Source: a bacterium (GTDB lineage: Bacteria; Patescibacteriota; Patescibacteriia; UBA9934). Taken from it: 59,862 nucleotides of DNA. Location: assembly GCA_043818555.1 (NCBI GenBank), contig JBDRFP010000019.1:1-59862 (forward strand). The letters run 5' to 3'. A program made the translations under genes and the position numbers. Positions 38,092 to 45,797 of the stretch are shown in pieces. Position 1 is the stretch's first letter. Every line of letters starts with the position of its first letter. The notes beneath the pieces are model-generated. The model saw only the letters and a program-made list of their open reading frames with translations, had not been told where the DNA came from and searched no databases.

Positions 38092-39561
38092 ATGACTGGA
38101 GGATTTTTAATTCAGTACGCAAACCGCGCCACAACACCGGAGTATCGTGTTGCTACTTTTGTGGCCGGAGAACCTCGGCTGACTTGGGTGTCGCTGTTTT
38201 TTGATAATTTTCCACAGGCCGATGTTTACTTAGTCGGTGGAACGCTTCGCGATGTACTCCTCGGCATGATCCCAACCGACATCGACATTGTTGTCCGCAA
38301 TGTTCCGCTTAAAAAACTTCAGGGCTGGCTAATGTCGCACGGCGCTGCTGACTTTGTGGGCAAACGCTTTGGCACATTTAAGTTTGCTCCTCACGGAACT
38401 GCCGGACAATTGCCGCTCGACATTGCTCACCCTCGAAAAGAGTTTCTTTCACCTGTTCACAAGAGCGGCCGCAGCAGTATGGAAGTAGAGTACGACTCTC
38501 ACTTGCCGATCAAAAAAGACCTTGCTCGTCGAGATTTCACAATCAACGCAATGGCCTACGACATTAGAACCGGCCATTTAATCGATCCGTACGACGGCTT
38601 GGTCGACCTTCAATCCGGACTTATTTGCGCAGTGCTAAATCCTGCACAGCGATTCTTTGAAGACGCTACACGCATGCTCCGCGGCCTGCGTTTTGCAAGT
38701 CAGCTTGGATTTTCAATAGAGGCCGACACCTGGGAGGCGCTTAAGAATAATCTACCACTTTTGAATAATACCGACATAACTGACGAAGGCACACACGCCT
38801 ATGTTGTGCCGCGCGAGGCGATTGGCAAAGAGTTCCTGCTCGGTTACAATGCGCATCCGACTCACACCTTGGAACTTTGGAAACATGCCGGCGCTTTAGA
38901 GATGTTCATGCCCGCCATTGCCGATTTGGAAAACATTGTTTTGCGTGATGGCTCTAGCGCGTGGACAAAAACCTTACAAGTCCTTCATCTTTTGAATAAA
39001 CCTTCACTTTTGTTTGAGCATGGTTTAGAAAAACCGTCGCCGACCGCGCTGGTGGCAGCGCTTTCGAGCTTTGTTGATGGCAACGCAAGCAAGCTGGCAT
39101 TTGATGTTTGCAAAAAATTATATTTCCACCAATTCCCTTCCGGCCACCGGGCTGAAGTTGATTGTAAAAATGTTTTGTGGATTTTGGATCACTTGTACGA
39201 TTTTGATGAAATCAATCCGGCCAGTATGCGGCCAAGTGTGTTTGAGAAGATGTTCTGTTCCATGCGTGGGAGTGATTTGTTGTTGCTGATGCACGCCGTG
39301 TTTATTGCGTCTGGGTCGCATTCACTTTCACGCGAAAGGCTCCATGTTGCTTTGCGGATTGCAAATAAAATGTGTCATTTTGAAGGCGGACATGCGCGCG
39401 CAACCAAGTTGATTAGCGGAGCTGACATTTCCGCGCTTGGCGTACCAACCGGGCCGGTTTACCGAGATTTGATGGAGCAGGTTAGGGATGCTCAGTTGGC
39501 TGGAAAGATTTCAAACAAAAAAGAAGCGTTAGAGCTTCTGCGTGATTTAATCTCTAAATAA
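38092..39561 (+). CDS. cca: CCA-adding enzyme / poly(A) polymerase-family tRNA nucleotidyltransferase
   Basis: VYLVGGTLRDVLLG..DIDIVV and RRDFTINAMAY head-domain motifs. 489 aa. Confidence 0.85.
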   Translation: MTGGFLIQYANRATTPEYRVATFVAGEPRLTWVSLFFDNFPQADVYLVGGTLRDVLLGMIPTDIDIVVRNVPLKKLQGWLMSHGAADFVGKRFGTFKFAPHGTAGQLPLDIAHPRKEFLSPVHKSGRSSMEVEYDSHLPIKKDLARRDFTINAMAYDIRTGHLIDPYDGLVDLQSGLICAVLNPAQRFFEDATRMLRGLRFASQLGFSIEADTWEALKNNLPLLNNTDITDEGTHAYVVPREAIGKEFLLGYNAHPTHTLELWKHAGALEMFMPAIADLENIVLRDGSSAWTKTLQVLHLLNKPSLLFEHGLEKPSPTALVAALSSFVDGNASKLAFDVCKKLYFHQFPSGHRAEVDCKNVLWILDHLYDFDEINPASMRPSVFEKMFCSMRGSDLLLLMHAVFIASGSHSLSRERLHVALRIANKMCHFEGGHARATKLISGADISALGVPTGPVYRDLMEQVRDAQLAGKISNKKEALELLRDLISK

Positions 39562-39586
39562 CCCTCAACCTCTCTTAACCTCCCTC

Positions 39587-39612
39587 AAATTCCCTTGTGG
39601 GATTTTATTTTT
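39587..39612 (+). terminator. cca terminator
   Basis: aaattccc-ttgt-gggatttt hairpin followed by a T-rich run. Confidence 0.6.
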
Positions 39613-39650
39613 GCAAACAAATAACCCCGCATCCTGTTACAGATGCGGGG
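39613..39650 (-). terminator. terminator of cassette I5
   Basis: ccccgcatc / gatgcgggg is a 9-bp stem (39625-39650), followed on the minus strand by ttatttgtttgc. Confidence 0.75.
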
Positions 39651-39671
39651 TCGAACGACTTGACGACGACC

Positions 39672-39833
39672 TCAGGCCGCCGCCTGCTCCTCCGGCGCTT
39701 CCGCGCCGGCGATGAGGCCGTTGATCACGGCCGCTGCCGCGACGGAGGCGAGATCCTCGTCTTCGTAGAGAGCGAAGAACTCGTCGTAGAACAGGGAAAT
39801 AATGAGGTCGCCGATGGTTGTTCCGGTGGGCAT
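39672..39833 (-). CDS. small acidic protein, 53 aa (cassette I5, gene 3)
   Basis: ATG at 39833 lies 5 nt after GGAGGG (alternative ATG at 39845). Codons are GC3-rich (MPTGTTIGDLIISLFYDEFFALYEDEDLASV..). The stop is followed by the terminator. Below the ORF-track length cutoff. Confidence 0.5.
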   Translation of the reverse strand: MPTGTTIGDLIISLFYDEFFALYEDEDLASVAAAAVINGLIAGAEAPEEQAAA

Positions 39834-39886
39834 AATGCCCTCCATTTTTTGGGGTTAAGACTCCGCTGAGTGGTCGATCGAATCAG

Positions 39887-39943
39887 GTCACCCGGTGATG
39901 GACGGAGACAACGCGTAAAACGCGAAGTCCGTCACCGGGTGAC
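39887..39943. promoter_or_regulatory. 17-bp inverted repeat (operator-like or 5'-UTR hairpin) upstream of I5 gene 3
   Basis: gtcacccggtgatggac (39887-39903) and its complement gtccgtcaccgggtgac (39927-39943) match at 16/17. Each half contains the near-palindrome GTCACCnGGTGAC. Confidence 0.6.
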
Positions 39944-40017
39944 GAATCATCGACCGCTCGGCGTAGTCCCCAATCCCATGCAAGCACAGGATTGGGAGAC
40001 GGATGTCGGAGAGAGCG

Positions 40018-40611
40018 CTAGGAGTCGCCCTTGGTCGGGCCGGTCAGGAGCGGGATCCGTTTCTGTCCGTCGATCGCCCGCTTACGCAGGTTCTCGCTGG
40101 GCGAGAATCGAACCAGAACCTTGTGCTCAGCCAAGTCCAGCTCAGCGTTGCCGTCGGTCCAGAGGCCGGTTCCCTCCATCTTCTCAATGACCATCCCGAG
40201 CGCCATCACCTCGGAATATCGGAGGTTGGGCCTCGGTGGAATGAAGTCCTGGACTTCGATCTCCACGTACTGCTCGGTCGGAACCCACTCGCGCATGATT
40301 GTCACGCTCACATACGCGATCATCTTCTCGGCCATCTCCTTCACCTCTTCCTGCAGCTGGCGCCGCCTCCACAGTTCCTTGATGGCAGGAGCCACCAGGA
40401 GCATCTGGATCACCTCATCGAAGATGACGAGGGTGAGGAAGTCCCAGATATGGCTGAGCCCGGGGATAAGACCCATGAGCTCAAGGGCGATGAAGATGAT
40501 TGCGTTGATGAAGATCCACGTCTGAAGCGCAGCAGTAGACCTCTGCTTCCAGAATTCAGTAGCCACCCAGGCCACGAACTCCCTGGCGTTCTCTTTTGCA
40601 CTTGGCGCCAT
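40018..40611 (-). CDS. hypothetical membrane protein, 197 aa (cassette I5, gene 2)
   Basis: ATG at 40611 lies 5 nt after AAGGAGG. Two N-terminal TM helices are followed by a soluble C-domain. Codons are GC3-rich. No family recognised. Confidence 0.7.
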   Translation of the reverse strand: MAPSAKENAREFVAWVATEFWKQRSTAALQTWIFINAIIFIALELMGLIPGLSHIWDFLTLVIFDEVIQMLLVAPAIKELWRRRQLQEEVKEMAEKMIAYVSVTIMREWVPTEQYVEIEVQDFIPPRPNLRYSEVMALGMVIEKMEGTGLWTDGNAELDLAEHKVLVRFSPSENLRKRAIDGQKRIPLLTGPTKGDS

Positions 40612-40665
40612 TGGCACCTCCTTTTTTTTGTTTTGAATTTTTGACTCCGCTAAATTGTCGACGAT

Positions 40666-40705
40666 GTCACTTGGTGCCGGACGATGTAGTCCGACACCGA
40701 GTGAC
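40666..40705. promoter_or_regulatory. 17-bp inverted repeat upstream of I5 gene 2, paralogous to 39887-39943
   Basis: gtcacttggtgccggac and gtccgacaccgagtgac match at 15/17. The flanking gactccgct..gtcga and gacgaat.gtcgac..ctcggc blocks are shared with the other module. Confidence 0.6.
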
Positions 40706-40730
40706 GAATTGTCGACTTCTCGGCAGAGAC

Positions 40731-40748
40731 CTGGAGCGGCCGCTCCAG
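40731..40748. repeat. perfect 18-bp palindrome ctggagcggccgctccag
   Basis: Read directly from the sequence. Lies in the I5 gene 1 / gene 2 intergenic region. Confidence 0.9.
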
Positions 40749-40880
40749 ATACTCAGCGGTTCTGGGAAGAACTTATTGAAGTGTCGATTCTGCAATCAAC
40801 CTCTCAATGAGTTCCCCGTACCAGACTTCCAGCTTGCGCTAGAAATGGGTACGGGGACGCTTTAACTTGAAGGAGCGGGG

Positions 40881-41900
40881 CTAGACGAACGCGCCGTCGA
40901 CGGACTGCCACCAGGACCGGGGCCGGCGGCCGCCTTCGTGGCGAGCCCACTGAGGACCGCGCCAGTTGCGCTCGACGGGCTTGCGAGACCCGTCGTCGCT
41001 GCAGTACTCCAGCTCGCGCTGGCGCAACTGCTCGGAAACGATCTCGGCGTCGAGCATGCGCTCGATTGCCTCGATCGTGTCCTCCACGATGACCTCGGGA
41101 TTGTGCCTCAGCCGACCGAAGTCGACGCCGAAGTCGTAGTCCCAGAGCTCGTCGGGCTCGTAGTCGTAGTCCTCGTCCAGGTCGTAGTCGTCCCACTCGA
41201 GGGCTCTGTCGAGGACATAGTCCTCGTCGTCGTCCAGGGCGTTGAGCGCTTCACAGCAGGAGTCGCGTCGCGACTCCTGCTGCAAAAGCGTCTCTTCGGC
41301 CTCGTAGTCCCATTCCTCGGCTTCGGCTTGCGCCTTGGCCTCGGCCTCCATGTCCTCGAAGACGGCCCAGGGGTCGGTGTCCTCGATCATGTCGGCGTTG
41401 GGCTCGACGCGGATACGAGCGCCCTTGTGGCGGGCCCACTGGGGACCGCGCCAGTGTCGCTCGGCCGGAGGGTCATCGCACTTGCCCTCCCACTGACTGT
41501 TCCGCTCGTCGAGCTTGCGCTCGGCTCGAGCAGAGAGTCGACGCTCGATGTCGTCGATCTCGGCCTCGCAGTCGTCGTCTTCGCTCTCCTCGTACATGTC
41601 GGCCATGTCGTTGTAGCGGTCGAGGCCGTGGTCTTCGTACTCATCGCTGTCGTCCCAGACTTCGATCTCCTCGTCGCTCGGCGCCACCATGTCCTGGTAG
41701 TGATCATTGAGCATGTGGAAACCGACTTCATCGATCGGGATCCAGTTGCGCTCCGGGTCGTCGACGCGCATGTCCTCGGACGGACCCAGGAGGTTTTCCC
41801 AGGCCCAGTCTTCGAGGTCAAGTGCGTTGGCATCGCCAACGGGCAGCGCCCCGGACTCGGACGAATGGAACTCGCGGCCTTCTGCTCCAGAATTGAGCAT
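40881..41900 (-). CDS. highly acidic repeat protein, 339 aa (cassette I5, gene 1)
   Basis: ATG at 41900 lies 7 nt after AAGGAG. GC3 bias is strong. Asp/Glu/Trp-rich, with a duplicated ER(H/N)WRGPQWARH(K/E)G motif. The ORF-track extension to 42083 is a translated A-repeat. Confidence 0.75.
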   Translation of the reverse strand: MLNSGAEGREFHSSESGALPVGDANALDLEDWAWENLLGPSEDMRVDDPERNWIPIDEVGFHMLNDHYQDMVAPSDEEIEVWDDSDEYEDHGLDRYNDMADMYEESEDDDCEAEIDDIERRLSARAERKLDERNSQWEGKCDDPPAERHWRGPQWARHKGARIRVEPNADMIEDTDPWAVFEDMEAEAKAQAEAEEWDYEAEETLLQQESRRDSCCEALNALDDDEDYVLDRALEWDDYDLDEDYDYEPDELWDYDFGVDFGRLRHNPEVIVEDTIEAIERMLDAEIVSEQLRQRELEYCSDDGSRKPVERNWRGPQWARHEGGRRPRSWWQSVDGAFV

Positions 41901-42044
41901 GTCCTGTCTCCTTGGTTGTTTTTTTATTGAAGTTAAGAAAACTATTTTGACTCTTTTACAAGCCATGTTTGTGGTCTTTCTAAAGCCGCAATCATGGATT
42001 GTAAATGCTATCTGTTTGGGAACCGACCGATACAATGTAGCTAA

Positions 42045-42153
42045 TGTCCAATCCCCAATTATCAATTCCCAATGAATTCCCAATTCCCAATCTCCAATTG
42101 GTCATTGTGCATTGGATATTCATTGGTTATTGGGTGCTTGTGAATTGATCATT
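42045..42153. repeat. A-family element, copy A4
   Basis: tgtccaatccccaattatcaattcccaatgaattcccaattcccaatctccaattggtcattgtgcattggatattcattggttattgggtgcttgtgaattgatcatt. Confidence 0.8.
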
Positions 42154-42420
42154 TAATGAGCCAACAAAATGCCACACTTTGGCTCTTCTGATGGAGAAAG
42201 CGGTTTATGCCTAATCACAGAAAGCCCAAAATGTGGCTTTTTCTTACAGCCCGATGAAATCAGGCTAACTCTCTCCCCAGAAAGTATTGAATTGTAAGCT
42301 TCAATTTAACACTAATACTATACCACATTTTGACGATTTTGTCAAGACCTAAACCTACTGAATTCCGCCAAACTTAGCAAAATTAACTTTACTAATCCTA
42401 GCCACTTTTCAGCCCAACGA

Positions 42421-42490
42421 GACAACCCTAAAGGTTCAGAAACCTTGAGGGTTGCGCGTCCAGAGTTCAGAAATCTTGAGGGTTGTCTGG
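42421..42490. repeat. J-family word hairpins (aaccttgagggttg)
   Basis: gacaaccctaaaggttcagaaaccttgagggttg..cagagttcagaaatcttgagggttgtc. A related perfect hairpin lies at 44017-44048. Confidence 0.7.
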
Positions 42491-42496
42491 CACTTC

Positions 42497-42525
42497 TTGA
42501 TCTTTCGCCCGCAAAAGTGTAGTAT
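42497..42525 (+). promoter_or_regulatory. candidate promoter of tRNA-Ile
   Basis: TTGATC, 17-nt spacer, TAGTAT, ending 27 nt upstream of the tRNA 5' end. Confidence 0.45.
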
Positions 42526-42552
42526 ACTGAATCACAAGGATTAGTAGCTGAT

Positions 42553-42629
42553 GGGTGTGTAGCTCAGTTGGTCAGAGCGCGGAGCTTATACCTCCGTGGT
42601 CGATGGTTCGAGTCCATCCACACCCACCA
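42553..42629 (+). tRNA. tRNA-Ile (anticodon TAT)
   Basis: Acceptor gggtgtg/cacaccc, anticodon stem cggag/ctccg, loop cTTATac, T-loop ttcgagt, encoded CCA. Confidence 0.8.
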
Positions 42630-42810
42630 GGTGCTTAGCCGAATATGCATATATTATCAATATTTCTACTAATAATAGCGCTGACCTTGGAATTCAAGGG
42701 ACTGCGCACAAAAGACTGGGATTTTATTTATGGCGGTATGGCTTTGTTTTTTGCCGCTGTGGGTACTGGTATGATTAGCTTATTCATTTTCCAAACACTT
42801 TACTAAAAGT

Positions 42811-43116
42811 ATGCCTAGTGGTACAACTTCGAAAAGGCTACATTACACCTATGTACTTCGGAGTAACAAAGACGGTAAAAACTACGTAGGCTACTCTCCT
42901 TTATTGCTGAGCGCCTTTTACAGCATAGCTCAGGAAAAGCTGTATCGACGCAACACAGAAGGCCGTTGAAGTTGATTTATCTAGAGGTATGTTTATCCAA
43001 GGTTGACGCCCTGCGTCGTGAGAAGTATTTAAAAACCACCGACGGGAGAAAATTCTTGTCCAAACGTTTAAAAGATTACTACGGTCCACACACTAATTCG
43101 AAGTTGTCCCACTAGG
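42811..43116 (+). pseudogene. GIY-YIG nuclease gene, frameshifted
   Basis: Relative to 52042-52353 it has 19 substitutions and one 1-nt deletion (ctctgcc to ctctcc), by hand alignment. The frame runs into TGA after about 53 codons. Confidence 0.75.
42814..43116 (+). mobile_element. TIR-bounded GIY-YIG element, copy 1 (decayed)
   Basis: 20-bp terminal inverted repeats cctagtggtacaacttcgaa / ttcgaagttgtcccactagg (19/20). TATG is present on both flanks (42810-42813 and 43117-43120). Confidence 0.75.
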
Positions 43117-43117
43117 T

Positions 43118-43549
43118 ATGGAAGACGCCCTCGGCTATACGCTGTTGGTAACCATGTTCTGGTTTCCAATATACTGGATATTCGGCGGCGTCTTTTTTGC
43201 TACTGTAGCGATCTTTAAAATCATCAAGTTACGCAAAGCCCGATTCAGTTGTTTGTTCACAGTGCTAACCGCCGGAGCAGCCTACGCAGCAGCGCGCGCC
43301 GGAATGATGTATGGCGAGCGGCAAATAACCGAATGCCTGGAACAAGCTGACGGATTCTTCAATGCGATCGCCAGTGTAATTGCATGCGGGGTTCTAGAGC
43401 TGTCACTCGCCGGGCTTGTAGGATTCCTGCTGTTGCTAGTTGCCGGTTTTGCAGCTTTGTTTGTATCGCGCTCAGGAAACGGTTCATGGATTGATGCTGA
43501 CTTTGGCCTGAAGCAAGAAGTGGCAGAGGAGATTGAGTTTGAGGAATAA
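43118..43549 (+). CDS. hypothetical membrane protein
   Basis: 143 aa with 4 TM helices and an acidic C-terminus. Its ATG is part of the right-hand TATG flanking the GIY-YIG element. Confidence 0.6.
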   Translation: MEDALGYTLLVTMFWFPIYWIFGGVFFATVAIFKIIKLRKARFSCLFTVLTAGAAYAAARAGMMYGERQITECLEQADGFFNAIASVIACGVLELSLAGLVGFLLLLVAGFAALFVSRSGNGSWIDADFGLKQEVAEEIEFEE

Positions 43550-43565
43550 GTTTAAAGAAATAAAA

Positions 43566-43598
43566 CAAAAAACTCCGTACATCAGTACGGGGTTTTTT
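43566..43598. terminator. bidirectional terminator
   Basis: aaaaaactccgtac-atca-gtacggggtttttt lies between the + strand membrane-protein gene and the minus-strand tRNA-Val. Confidence 0.7.
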
Positions 43599-43674
43599 GG
43601 TGGGTGTGAGAGGACTCGAACCTCTGACCTCTTCGATGTCAACGAAACGCTCTAACCAGCTGAGCTACACACCC
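43598..43674 (-). tRNA. tRNA-Val (anticodon GAC)
   Basis: Acceptor gggtgtg/cacaccc, anticodon loop ttGACat, T-loop ttcgagt, encoded CCA. Confidence 0.9.
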
Positions 43675-43730
43675 AGGATCGTCATTATTGTATGTTTTGA
43701 CCACGCTGCTGTCAAGAGACGGTACGATCA

Positions 43731-43766
43731 AAATAAAACCCCCGCGACCTTAAACGGTACGCGGGG
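43731..43766 (-). terminator. terminator of cassette I6
   Basis: ccccgcgtacc..ggtcgcggggg hairpin followed by a T-run on the minus strand. It overlaps the stop of the 76-aa ORF. Confidence 0.65.
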
Positions 43767-43980
43767 AAGGTTCGGGCAAGCGGAACATGTGCACGACGAC
43801 AGTAGATGCGCTGATGAAAAAGATTAGAACAGCCAATCCTGCCCAGCATACTGTGAGCACCACGATGCCGGTTGACAGACAGGTAGTTTTGATCGGCAGA
43901 AGAAGAAAGAACTTGAAAGCGCGTCTTTTGCGCGAGGGCGGCCTGCAAAGCCGCTGGATAATCCTTGAACGAATTCCCAC
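43750..43980 (-). CDS. small basic/hydrophobic membrane protein, 76 aa (cassette I6, gene 2)
   Basis: GTG at 43980 lies 3 nt after AAGGAGGT. A basic N-terminus is followed by a ~40-aa hydrophobic stretch. Confidence 0.5.
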   Translation of the reverse strand: MGIRSRIIQRLCRPPSRKRRAFKFFLLLPIKTTCLSTGIVVLTVCWAGLAVLIFFISASTVVVHMFRLPEPSPRTV

Positions 43981-44016
43981 GGTACCTCCTTACGAGAACC
44001 TTAGCAGAAAATAAAT

Positions 44017-44048
44017 CAACCTTCAAGGTTTCTGAACCTTGAAGGTTG
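44017..44048. repeat. J-family perfect hairpin
   Basis: caaccttcaaggtt-tctg-aaccttgaaggttg has a 14-bp perfect stem. It lies between the two genes of cassette I6. Confidence 0.85.
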
Positions 44049-44059
44049 CGATCGGCGCC

Positions 44060-44689
44060 TTACGCGGCCCAAAGGCTCGCGTCCGGCAGCTCCACGTAAA
44101 GCATGCCATGCATGGTCGACACGCGGCGGAGATACCCAGCCTGCGTGAGTACGTAGAGAATCTCGGAAGTCGGTACAACAATGTTGAACCTGGCATCGTG
44201 TTCTGGCCCAGAGATAAGCGTGGAAAGACACGCAAGCTGTTCACCCTCCTTGCCGTCGCTCACGAACACGCCCATATACCCACGCTCAGGAAACTTAACT
44301 GCCCCGCCGGGCTCGACTCCGAGCTGCACCAAGGCGCAGTGCAGAAGTCCTGTGCCAATCGGCTTGGCCTCCACGAAATGGCGTAAGAACTTCTGGAACA
44401 TTGGCCGAAACACGCCGTACCAAGTTCCCTTCGGCCTTACAATCGCCTCGGCCGCAATCGCTTCGCGCAACAGCGCCTCGCAACTCACGCCCTCCAGGTC
44501 CACACGCATCCCCCCTTCCTGCGCATACAGGCAAAGCGTGCCGTCGACTTCTATGTAGTCGACCTCCACGTGCGGATGAAAACAGTTTACGCCGCCAATC
44601 GGCGAATCTGCATTGCTATTTATGCCCACCGGTTGCGCCGGTACCACACCATCCCTGAACTTCACCTCTGTAATCACTCCATCGCTCAT
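44060..44689 (-). CDS. hypothetical protein, 209 aa (cassette I6, gene 1)
   Basis: ATG at 44689 lies 5 nt after AGGAGGT. Codons are GC3-rich. The ORF-track extension to 44896 is rejected. No family recognised. Confidence 0.7.
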   Translation of the reverse strand: MSDGVITEVKFRDGVVPAQPVGINSNADSPIGGVNCFHPHVEVDYIEVDGTLCLYAQEGGMRVDLEGVSCEALLREAIAAEAIVRPKGTWYGVFRPMFQKFLRHFVEAKPIGTGLLHCALVQLGVEPGGAVKFPERGYMGVFVSDGKEGEQLACLSTLISGPEHDARFNIVVPTSEILYVLTQAGYLRRVSTMHGMLYVELPDASLWAA

Positions 44690-44714
44690 CTTTACCTCCT
44701 TCTGATGGCTGAAT

Positions 44715-44743
44715 AATGTATCACTTTCCGCCGAATTTGTCAA
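44715..44743 (-). promoter_or_regulatory. sigma70-like promoter of cassette I6
   Basis: On the minus strand: TTGACA (44743-44738), 17-nt spacer, TACATT (44720-44715). Confidence 0.55.
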
Positions 44744-44771
44744 TCCCAACCCCGCCATCTCAAGAATATGC

Positions 44772-44810
44772 GAGAGATCCCTCGACTTGCCTTCGGCTCG
44801 CTCGGGATGG
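44772..44810. repeat. M-family REP-like element
   Basis: gagagatccctcgacttgccttcggctcgctcgggatgg shares its end blocks with 22333-22377. Confidence 0.6.
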
Positions 44811-44862
44811 ATAAGGTGAGAGAAATTTGTCAACGGCAGGTATATTATGCCATACTCAGGGC

Positions 44863-45771
44863 ATGAAAACGATAAAAATAGACACAACTGAACCAACTAG
44901 GCTGGATAAGGCTGTTTCTGACAGGCTCGAGCTTAGCCGGTCGCAGATTCAAAAAGCTATTAAGTCTGGGCAGATTTTGGTTGACGGGATTCCAGCCAAA
45001 GTTAGTGAACGAGTTACTGCTGAAAATAAAATCGAATACGACCCAAAGATTCTCAAACCTAAGGCAAAATCAAAAAAGAAGCCGCCGAAGCTCAAGATAA
45101 TCTACGAAGACGACGATGTGATTGCGATCAACAAACCATCTGGATTGCTAGTACATGAAACTGAAACAAGTACCGACCCTACTCTGGTCGATTCCCTGCT
45201 CGAGTACAACAAGTCGATTGCGAGCGTTGGCGACGACCCTAAGCGAGCCGGAATCGTTCACCGACTCGACAAAGAAGTGTCCGGCGTTATGATTGCGGCA
45301 AAAACCCAGGAAGCGTTCGAACATCTAAAACAACACTTCAAGGATCGTAAAGTTGAAAAGCACTACACCGCTCTTGTGTTTGGCGTGATGGAAGATGAAC
45401 ATGGCACAATCGACCTTCCGATTTCGCGTTCAAAAACTCATGGTGGTAGAATGGCTGCTCGCCCAACTGGCCAAGAAGGCCGTAAAGCTGTAACTCACTT
45501 TGAAGTCACTGAGCGGTTCAACCACCACACTCTGCTGGATGTAAAAATCGAAACCGGACGCACTCACCAAATCCGCGTTCATTTGTTTTCGCAAGGCTAC
45601 CCAATTGTTGGCGACAAGATTTACAAACAAAGAGGTCAAAAGCACGCAAAGATCGACCGCATCTTTTTGCACTCGCGCGAGCTAACAATTAAGCTCCCAA
45701 GTGGCGAAACCAAAACCTTCTCCGCGCCAATCCCTGCAAAACTTAAAGACTTCTTGAAAACGATAAAATAG
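44863..45771 (+). CDS. rluD: RluA-family 23S rRNA pseudouridine synthase (RluD-like, with S4 domain)
   Basis: N-terminal S4-like domain (RLDKAVSD..SRSQIQKAIKSGQILVDG) and catalytic HRLDKEVSGVMIAAKT. ATG at 44863. Confidence 0.85.
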   Translation: MKTIKIDTTEPTRLDKAVSDRLELSRSQIQKAIKSGQILVDGIPAKVSERVTAENKIEYDPKILKPKAKSKKKPPKLKIIYEDDDVIAINKPSGLLVHETETSTDPTLVDSLLEYNKSIASVGDDPKRAGIVHRLDKEVSGVMIAAKTQEAFEHLKQHFKDRKVEKHYTALVFGVMEDEHGTIDLPISRSKTHGGRMAARPTGQEGRKAVTHFEVTERFNHHTLLDVKIETGRTHQIRVHLFSQGYPIVGDKIYKQRGQKHAKIDRIFLHSRELTIKLPSGETKTFSAPIPAKLKDFLKTIK

Positions 45772-45797
45772 GTCCCATAGGACCAATACGACCTATG
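45769..45797. repeat. F-family word repeat
   Basis: ataggtcccataggaccaatacgacctatg. Its last three bases are the start codon of the downstream kinase gene. Confidence 0.7.

Noticed and set aside
40938-41930. 330-aa plus-strand ORF, and other long ORFs (41251-41439, 41387-41839, 40804-41196), overlapping the acidic-protein gene of cassette I5
   Set aside because: High GC suppresses stop codons in all frames. Only the minus-strand frame from ATG 41900 has an SD, GC3-dominated codons and a terminator. The plus-strand product is a low-complexity Val/Leu/Gly run.
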